In this document: positions 25,724-32,000 of the stretch, piece after piece
How the letters are laid out: each line of letters opens with the position of its first letter
Position numbering within the stretch: position 1 is the stretch's first letter
Assembly (NCBI RefSeq): GCF_002803295.2
Contig: NZ_PGGB02000014.1
Location: forward strand, 2,551 to 34,550
Reading direction: 5' to 3'
From: Caedibacter taeniospiralis
GTDB taxonomy: Bacteria > Pseudomonadota > Gammaproteobacteria > Francisellales > Francisellaceae
DNA: 32,000 nucleotides
Notes under the pieces: generated by a model
The model's database searches: none
Told to the model about the DNA's origin: nothing
The model's input: only the letters and a program-made list of their open reading frames with translations
Made by a program: the position numbers and the translations under genes

Positions 25724-27628
25724 TTAAATCCCCTCTTTTTGTATCACGCGCAAAACCTGCGCACAAACCCATTCATAAATAAATCCAAAGCTATGCTTAC
25801 CCTTGTTACTAAAGCGCACGTGGAGTTCGTGTTCAAATGCTCTATTTCTCAAATAATCTTGAGCCTTAATGAGCAGGGAAAGATCATCAACCACAGCATC
25901 CGTTTTTTGCCAAAATTGGCTCATGCCGTTGGTTTGTAGTTGTAGACTGAGTTTTGGTTCAGCTGCACTGCTTGGCATCATATGCGCTAAATGGCTGTAA
26001 AGATAACCTTTGGTGACGTCTTTTTGCATATTGATGCTGACGACCCCTGATTGCAGATAGGGTTTAAGCAATTCGCTCGCGTGTTGCTTTGTCGTACTGA
26101 CTAAAAATGGTTCAACTACCTCTGTAATTGCCCTAGCAAGTCCGCTTAGATTTTGCACATTTTCCTCATGAAGCTTTACTTCAAGATAAGGATAAGCTGC
26201 GCGATAACCTAATTCAATTTGATACTCATCCGCCAATGGACGCAATAGCGCTGCAATATGCGCTTCAGAGGCACCCAATAGTTGCCACTGGTAGCGTGTC
26301 GGTTGCTTATTGGCGCATATTGACTTAAGTCTTGGCAGTACTTCTTTATCAAATAATGGTAAACATTCATGCGGAGGACCTGGCAACATAAACAGGTGTT
26401 TGTCATCGCCATGGATATAGCATCCATCCGCAGTACCATGTTCATTGATTAAAATTTCAGCACCCTGAGGGAAGTAAGCTTGTTTCCTGTTATTTTCAGG
26501 CACCGTCGTAAAGCGCTTAGAGATGCGGGCATAAATGCGCTGCCAAGAGGCGTCATGAAATTCTAAGGGCTTGTTAAAAACTGCTGCAATGGCTTCGCAG
26601 GTTTTATCATCCTCAGTTGGTCCAAGCCCGCCTACGGTAATGACAATCTTGTGCTCTTGCAGTAAAAACTGCAGGCTTGTTTTTAGTTTCTGCTTTTCAT
26701 CAAAACAAGCCAGGTGCATTCCCACGCTAAACCCTTGTGCATAAAGCGCTTCTGCTATCTTAGGAGTGTTGGTGTTAATCACATCTCCTGTGGTGATCTC
26801 ATCACCTGTGGCTAGGAAACCTATAGGTTTGGTTGTTGTGTGCAGTGGACTCATGCTGTCAATAAACACGCTATTAGCTCCTTCGGTTAGTAGGTCATGA
26901 ATTTCTTGATCTGTTAATACATTCATGGAGTATACCAAAATGGTTGAAAACGCTTGTTTCAACTGGGTGATACACTCAGAGGTAAGAGGTGTGTTGTTAA
27001 TCCCCAGTGCAATACAGCCCCAAGTATCAAATTTTGCTTTGATCGTTGAGAAAATATGACTCTCCTCTGTGACCCAATCTTTAACTTCAATCAAAAACTC
27101 ACGTGCAATTGCCATATTTGTCAATACGAGCCTCTCTAGTACATACTCCGAAAAACTTGAGAGTAAAATGCGATCATGCAGCTGTGGATACTCCGCCAAA
27201 AGTTTAAGCAGGCTTTCTAGCAAGCGCGATTCGTATTCTGCATCAAAATGTTTTCTCACTTTAATTTCAATATTGGTATACAAATCTGGTTTTTCTGCCA
27301 TCCATTCCAAGTAGCTTCGCATGCTCGGAATGCTTGCGTGAGCATCGGGAAAGCGCGCGCTTAGAACCTTAAGCTTTTGAATTTCCGCCCACCGCCAAAA
27401 GGTAATATCCTCATCGACACCTGTGAGTTTTTTCGCGTTATTATCATGGAAAATAAACAGCACATTATCGGCGCTTAGCTGCACGTCAAGCTCAATCCAT
27501 CGTGCGCGAGCTTCATAGGCTTTTTTAAAGGCGATCATCGTATTCTCTGGAGCTATCTGGTTTGCTCCACGATGGGCAATAAATGGATTAATCTTCACCT
27601 TTTGTGCGCTCCAGCTCGGCGTGTTCAA
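25724..27628 (-). CDS. fusion protein: N-terminal glycerophosphodiester phosphodiesterase (GDPD) domain plus CinA/YfaY-like (MoCF-type, COG1058) domain
   Basis: GDPD: IAHRGANQIAPENTMIAFKKAYEARARWIELDVQLSADNVLFIFHDN...NIEIK. CinA N-domain: LATGDEITTGDVINTNTPKIAEAL...ITVGGLGPTEDDKTCEAIA...NRKQAYFPQGAEILINEHGTADGC...LPGPPHEC. It is a single uninterrupted frame. The track start is a TTG overlapping rmuC by 41 nt; a GTG at 27598 is an alternative. Confidence 0.75.
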   Translation of the reverse strand: MNTPSWSAQKVKINPFIAHRGANQIAPENTMIAFKKAYEARARWIELDVQLSADNVLFIFHDNNAKKLTGVDEDITFWRWAEIQKLKVLSARFPDAHASIPSMRSYLEWMAEKPDLYTNIEIKVRKHFDAEYESRLLESLLKLLAEYPQLHDRILLSSFSEYVLERLVLTNMAIAREFLIEVKDWVTEESHIFSTIKAKFDTWGCIALGINNTPLTSECITQLKQAFSTILVYSMNVLTDQEIHDLLTEGANSVFIDSMSPLHTTTKPIGFLATGDEITTGDVINTNTPKIAEALYAQGFSVGMHLACFDEKQKLKTSLQFLLQEHKIVITVGGLGPTEDDKTCEAIAAVFNKPLEFHDASWQRIYARISKRFTTVPENNRKQAYFPQGAEILINEHGTADGCYIHGDDKHLFMLPGPPHECLPLFDKEVLPRLKSICANKQPTRYQWQLLGASEAHIAALLRPLADEYQIELGYRAAYPYLEVKLHEENVQNLSGLARAITEVVEPFLVSTTKQHASELLKPYLQSGVVSINMQKDVTKGYLYSHLAHMMPSSAAEPKLSLQLQTNGMSQFWQKTDAVVDDLSLLIKAQDYLRNRAFEHELHVRFSNKGKHSFGFIYEWVCAQVLRVIQKEGI

Positions 27629-29162
27629 CCATATCCTTAGGTAATGCTTTTTTCATATGCACTCCCATATCTTCCAACTGTATAGCCTGCGAAATTAAAT
27701 TGCCTCGACCCTTGGTCAATTTATTCAACGCATCAGCATAAGTTTCTTTTGACTTATCTATTTGCCTGCCCAGCGCCTCAATATCCTCCACAAATCCTCG
27801 GAACTTATCGAGCATTTTAGTGGCACGCTCTGTAATATCGCTGGCATTTTTATTTAAACTTTCATATTTCCAGGTATTGCGAATCGTGCCTAAAGTTGCC
27901 AAAAGAGTCGTTGGCGTAACGATGATAATGCGCTTTTTAAATGCCTCGTGAAATAGGCTATCATCGTGCTGGAATGCCACGACAAACGCTGCCTCAATCG
28001 GCATAAACATTAAAATAAAATCAAGAGAGTTGATCGCGGATAAGCGCTCATAATTTTTAGAAGAAAGCAGTGTAATGTGCTGGCGAATGGCGTCAATATG
28101 CTTTTTTAAACACTCAAGTTTTAGGGTCTCCGTCTCTGCACGCGTGTAAGCATCATAGCTCACCAGGGAAACTTTGGCGTCAATGATGACATCTTTGCCA
28201 TCGGGTAAGTGTACAATGGCATCAGGTCTTAAGGTCTTCTCGTTATCGTCATCGTCACTTCCTTTAAAGCTGTTTTGCACCTCATACTCATAACCTTTAC
28301 GTAAACCTGAAGACTCCAAAACGCGCTCAAGCACCACCTCTCCCCAATCGCCTTGGAGCTTTTTATCACCTTTGAGCGCTTTGGTGAGATTTTTAGCCTC
28401 TTTATTCATCTCCTGATTAAGCTCAAATAATTTATTTACCTCTTTCTGCAAAGAAGCTCTTTCTTTAGCCTCATGCACGTAGACATCATCGACTTTTTTC
28501 TTGAATTCATGGATGTCATTTTTAAACGGCTGCAGAATTTCTGCCAAATTTACTTTGTTCTGGTTGGCAAATCTCTCACCCTTTTCTTCAAAGATACGAT
28601 TGGCGAGATTCTCAAACTGTTCGGTTAAGCTTTTTTTCGCATTTTCAAGTAAGGCAATTTTTTCCTGTGAGTTGTACAGCTCAGTTTCAATTTGTTTGCT
28701 CAAGCTTGAGTTTTCAGCCTGTAGCTGAGATTTTTCCTCCATTAAAGTATCGATTTTTCTGAGCATTTCATCCTGCTTTTTACTCGCATTCTGAAGCTCC
28801 ATTTCCAAGCGTGTAACCTCCTTCTCCAGCGCTTGGAACCTCGCAGCATCACTTGCAAGCTTATTTTGCAGCTTTGATAGTTCATCATTACGAATTTCAA
28901 GCTTTTGCTTCACCATGCTAAGCTCTTGGGTTAAACGCTGTTCCTGCTCCTGGTAATGCTTATGATCTGTTGTTAGCACAATATTTTCTTGTTGCTTTTG
29001 CCACAACTGTGCTTCTTTATCCTGGTAGGATAGCTCAAGCTCTGTTAAAGATTTCTCTGTGGTTTTCAGCTTTGTTTGTAATGCGTTTCTTCCTGGTCTG
29101 GTCATCAGGAAACCAATCACCATTCCCATAGCAAATGCTACTATAGCAAGTCCAGTAATCAT
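27588..29162 (-). CDS. rmuC: DNA recombination protein RmuC
   Basis: N-terminal TM helix, about 250 aa of coiled coil, then the RmuC nuclease-like domain (RPDAIVHLPDGKDVIIDAKVSLVSY...FILMFMPIEAAF). Confidence 0.85.
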   Translation of the reverse strand: MITGLAIVAFAMGMVIGFLMTRPGRNALQTKLKTTEKSLTELELSYQDKEAQLWQKQQENIVLTTDHKHYQEQEQRLTQELSMVKQKLEIRNDELSKLQNKLASDAARFQALEKEVTRLEMELQNASKKQDEMLRKIDTLMEEKSQLQAENSSLSKQIETELYNSQEKIALLENAKKSLTEQFENLANRIFEEKGERFANQNKVNLAEILQPFKNDIHEFKKKVDDVYVHEAKERASLQKEVNKLFELNQEMNKEAKNLTKALKGDKKLQGDWGEVVLERVLESSGLRKGYEYEVQNSFKGSDDDDNEKTLRPDAIVHLPDGKDVIIDAKVSLVSYDAYTRAETETLKLECLKKHIDAIRQHITLLSSKNYERLSAINSLDFILMFMPIEAAFVVAFQHDDSLFHEAFKKRIIIVTPTTLLATLGTIRNTWKYESLNKNASDITERATKMLDKFRGFVEDIEALGRQIDKSKETYADALNKLTKGRGNLISQAIQLEDMGVHMKKALPKDMVEHAELERTKGED

Positions 29163-29286
29163 CGTTTTTCCTTTTTACTACCTTGCTTGTCATCATGCCA
29201 TAAAAATAGCTGTATCGCTTGTAAATCATCATAAGAATGCACCTGAATGCAGGTAAACAACTTAACCTTACTGGAGTTACACACCT

Positions 29287-30486
29287 TTATATGTCAAACA
29301 AACGTTTGGATTCTGAAAAAGAGCGCATCACGCAATCCTCAATGGCAAGTCGCGTGAAATAATTCCCAGTCAGTCCAAGTGTTGTATCTTTGCTAAGTAG
29401 TTGATCAAGCACGTCAAGAAACCGTTGATGTTTTGCTTGATAACATGGCAGGGTATTGTACTTGGAATGTACATCGATCACTGCACTTTTGGGGATATTA
29501 AGCTTAGATAAAAATTCATCGATTAGCTTCGTGTGCGACTCCTTATGGTCTTTGAAATGGATAGTCATGCCACGAAATTTTTCATGCGGAACCACATCAC
29601 GCGTGACCATTGAGAAAAAGTTTTGCTCTATGCCGATTAACCCACTTAATGACCTTATGTGATTGAGTTTGTCCTTATCAAGGATTAAAGCGGTAGTAGT
29701 AAGTTTGGAGATGCCAGGTTGATGTGCAATGCTTGCAATAGGGTGATTAATCTGAGTTAAAAGTTTTTGTGTGATATGCCATGGTGTCGCAAGAATGAGC
29801 TTATCGCTTTTAATCACTTCACTGCGGGTTTTGATCAGCCAGCTGTTATTTTGCCTGTCAATGTGGTGGACTTCAGAATTCAAGTTAATATCAATATCCA
29901 GGTTAGAAAAATCTTTAAATAAACTCGACATTCCCCCTTTAAAAGTGAAACTGCGTGGCAGCTTTTTATTCTTGACTCGCGGCTTAAAAAGAAAATCCGC
30001 AGGAAAGTTCTGGCTGTCCTGGCACAGCACTGCGTCAAAGCAATAGCGTAAAGTCTTGTGATAATTATTGTGCCCAAATACAAAACTAAAATATTCCGCG
30101 ACGGTACGTTCTTTGGCTTTACTAAATTTAAAGAGTGGCAAGCCAATGCCTGCACGAACAGGATTTAGTGAGCCAAGCACGCTAGCAACGATATCTTGAC
30201 GGGTTAAGAGTTTAAAGGGATGTGTCTTGCGTGTTTGCAGCTGAGATAAAAGTGCATTATCCTGGCAAAATTGAATGAGCGTGGCGTAAGAGTTGTAAAT
30301 CGTATGCGCCCCTAATTCCAGCCAAAAATCTCCCGTTTTGGGGCTTTGGCAGGTTTCAATGCAACCCCCTAATTTATCGCACTTCTCAAGAATAATGCTC
30401 TTATACCCTCGTTGCGCTGCAAAGTGTGCAAAACTGCTTCCAGAAATGCCTCCACCAATAATTGCGATGGGGTAGTGTTTTGTCAT
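29287..30486 (-). CDS. FAD-dependent oxidoreductase, protoporphyrinogen oxidase/amine oxidase-like
   Basis: Dinucleotide-binding IAIIGGGISGSSFAHFAAQRGYKSIILEKCDKLGGCI...LELGAHT. C-terminal GNYFTRLAIEDCV. Confidence 0.7.
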   Translation of the reverse strand: MTKHYPIAIIGGGISGSSFAHFAAQRGYKSIILEKCDKLGGCIETCQSPKTGDFWLELGAHTIYNSYATLIQFCQDNALLSQLQTRKTHPFKLLTRQDIVASVLGSLNPVRAGIGLPLFKFSKAKERTVAEYFSFVFGHNNYHKTLRYCFDAVLCQDSQNFPADFLFKPRVKNKKLPRSFTFKGGMSSLFKDFSNLDIDINLNSEVHHIDRQNNSWLIKTRSEVIKSDKLILATPWHITQKLLTQINHPIASIAHQPGISKLTTTALILDKDKLNHIRSLSGLIGIEQNFFSMVTRDVVPHEKFRGMTIHFKDHKESHTKLIDEFLSKLNIPKSAVIDVHSKYNTLPCYQAKHQRFLDVLDQLLSKDTTLGLTGNYFTRLAIEDCVMRSFSESKRLFDI

Positions 30487-30565
30487 AATTCCTCCAGTAG
30501 GGATTATTTCAATACCAGAAAATCTGGATTGGAGGTATTTTCAATTGCCTGATATCGGTAAGCCA

Positions 30566-30928
30566 TTATTTTTCTTCTGTATGTGAAGCATAATCTTTTG
30601 GCGTTTGTGGGGCAGAACCCAGATGCTGGATGTGTTCTTTATTGCGATAAGCCTTGGGTTGCAACAGAGATTGTCTTGATTGGTCGAGATTAAGTTTTAC
30701 GCTGTATTCTTGAGAATGTTTCTGCAATTCAGCAAATTGCTGATAAATACTCTCCATGATTTCATGGGTTTTACACACATGCTCATTAACGGTATTTTGG
30801 TAATGCGTCAGTAATTTTTTAGTCTCATCCAGCTCATTTGCAATGTTTCTATTGCTTTTGCGTGCGCTTAAACCGATGGCAAGACCGATCACAAAGGCGG
30901 TGATAACACCAAGTATTAAAATAACCAT
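30566..30928 (-). CDS. YhcB/ZapG-like (DUF1043) single-pass inner membrane protein
   Basis: Start taken at the internal ATG with GGAG 6 nt upstream: MVILILGVITAFVIGLAIGLSARK, then a coiled-coil segment (LDETKKLLTHYQNTVNEHVCKTHEIMESIYQQFAELQKHS), as in E. coli YhcB. Confidence 0.55.
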   Translation of the reverse strand: MVILILGVITAFVIGLAIGLSARKSNRNIANELDETKKLLTHYQNTVNEHVCKTHEIMESIYQQFAELQKHSQEYSVKLNLDQSRQSLLQPKAYRNKEHIQHLGSAPQTPKDYASHTEEK

Positions 30929-30936
30929 TACATCTC

Positions 30937-31200
30937 CTATGGTTGGTAAACAGGGGCTGCGGCACAACAGGCAAGACCTTCTTTTCTGCAGATAATCCCA
31001 AGCTTTCAGTCGTTGTGACCTTGATATTAACTTGATTTAGCTCAAGCTGCAACAGCGTTGCCATGCGTTGGCGCATTTCTCTTATGTCAAAGGTTAAATT
31101 ATCACAACTCAATCTGGGGTTACACCAGATGTTGCTAAACAGCATAAGCTCCAATCTGCCCGTTGATGCTCCTAAATTCCGATAAAAATTCAGATGACAA
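30937..31200 (-). pseudogene. ispF: ispF (MEcPP synthase) relic: only the C-terminal ~85 codons are recognisable, with at least two frameshifts
   Basis: Three frames on the minus strand read SSEFLSEFRSINGQIGAYAV / SNIWCNPRLS..IREMRQRMATLLQLELNQVNIKVTTTESLGLSAE / KEGLACCAAAPVYQP*. Compare E. coli [67 protein letters not shown]. No room or similarity remains for the N-terminal ~70 residues. Faint traces may extend to about 31250. Confidence 0.6.
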
Positions 31201-31309
31201 TATGGCTAAAATAGCTATAATTCCTGACCTTAACCAAAGATTACCTCAACAGATTTCAGCCAAGATTAATCAAAAAAAGCTAAAGTCGGGTTTAATTGTA
31301 AAGAAGTAA

Positions 31310-32000
31310 ATGATGCAATCAGATAACAGCCGCCTACTGATCAGTATTTTAATGCTCACGATCATCATTGATGTCATGGGAGTAGGTCTGGTTTTCCCAG
31401 TGATCCCAGAAATCATGATGTCAAAACAAAGTCCATTTTTTGACATAAATACACCTGAGTCACTGCGTAATTTTTATTATGGACTGTCGATGGCAGTATG
31501 GCCCTTGGGCATCTTCATCGGTAGCGCAATCATTGGGAGGCTATCCGATAAATATGGGCGGAAGCTTATGATTATCGCTTCTTTAGCAGGAACCATCCTG
31601 GCTTATTTACTGTCGGTGAGTTCATTTGCATTGGAATCACTGACTGTTTTTATGCTAAGTCGCTTTATCTGTGGTTTTTTTGGTGGCAGTTTTAGTATTG
31701 CGCAAGCCGTCATGCTAGATATTTCTGATGAAAAAAGTCGGCTTAAAAACCTGAGTTTAATCACACTTTCCGCCTCTATTGGTTTTGTTTTTGGACCTGT
31801 AATCACCACCATCGTCGGTCTACTGTCACAAACAACCTATCAGGCAATCAGTTTGCCATTTTGGTTTGGTGCGGGATTTTCAGTGATTAATCTATTAAGC
31901 GTTTGCTTCTTCTTGCCTGAAACCTATACCAAACGCATTAAAGATCAAAAGCTTAAACTGATCAATCTCATCTTTAGCTTCCGAGTGATGTTTGTTGACA
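31310..32000 (+). CDS. MFS efflux-type transporter (DHA1/TetA-like), 3' end outside the window
   Basis: Not in the ORF track because no stop is reached. MMQSDNSRLLISILMLTIIIDVMGVGLVFPVIPEIM..., MFS motif A GRLSDKYGRKLMII, motif C-like FICGFFGGSFSIAQAVMLD. Confidence 0.8.
   Translation, partial: MMQSDNSRLLISILMLTIIIDVMGVGLVFPVIPEIMMSKQSPFFDINTPESLRNFYYGLSMAVWPLGIFIGSAIIGRLSDKYGRKLMIIASLAGTILAYLLSVSSFALESLTVFMLSRFICGFFGGSFSIAQAVMLDISDEKSRLKNLSLITLSASIGFVFGPVITTIVGLLSQTTYQAISLPFWFGAGFSVINLLSVCFFLPETYTKRIKDQKLKLINLIFSFRVMFVD

Noticed and set aside
30849-31154. 101-aa track ORF as an intact gene
   Set aside because: Its first two thirds are the ispF relic. Its last third is an out-of-frame read-through across the yhcB-like start region, so it is not a real protein.

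Overview
Chromosomal window from an AT-rich gammaproteobacterium. Protein sequences and gene content look Legionellales-like, but that assignment is tentative and cannot be proven from this window. The window has two parts. (1) nt 1-5935 is an accessory conflict island. It holds the 3' part of an RHS/YD-repeat polymorphic toxin gene with an unassigned C-terminal toxin domain and an overlapping immunity gene. It also holds orphan immunity-type ORFs (one Imm8-like) and about 1 kb of decayed DNA. That decayed stretch contains two copies of a miniature inverted-repeat element with target-site duplications, a REP-like palindromic repeat and a gene remnant. The island ends with a fused AAA-ATPase-like/PD-(D/E)XK gene. 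(2) nt 5949-32000 is mostly core housekeeping: capD/wbpM-like, rdgB, ybeD-lipB, two transporters, thrS-infC(ATT start)-rpmI-rplT, tRNA-Ser(GCU), csrA, spoT, ugd, dksA, cydA, nusB, rsmG, LysM lipoprotein, purE, a GDPD-CinA fusion, rmuC, a PPOX-like flavoprotein, yhcB-like, and an MFS pump running off the right edge. The core part contains two gene relics that the ORF track does not show. One is cydB collapsed by an internal deletion of about 1 kb, sitting between intact cydA and a cydX-like ORF. The other is a frameshifted, N-terminally eroded ispF fossil. No CRISPR array, rRNA, prophage or intact transposase was seen. I did not find a clear multi-gene system of a new type. The best novelty candidates are the RHS-CT/immunity pair, the MITE family and the AAA/PD-(D/E)XK gene. 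All family assignments come from motif recognition by eye and need profile searches.
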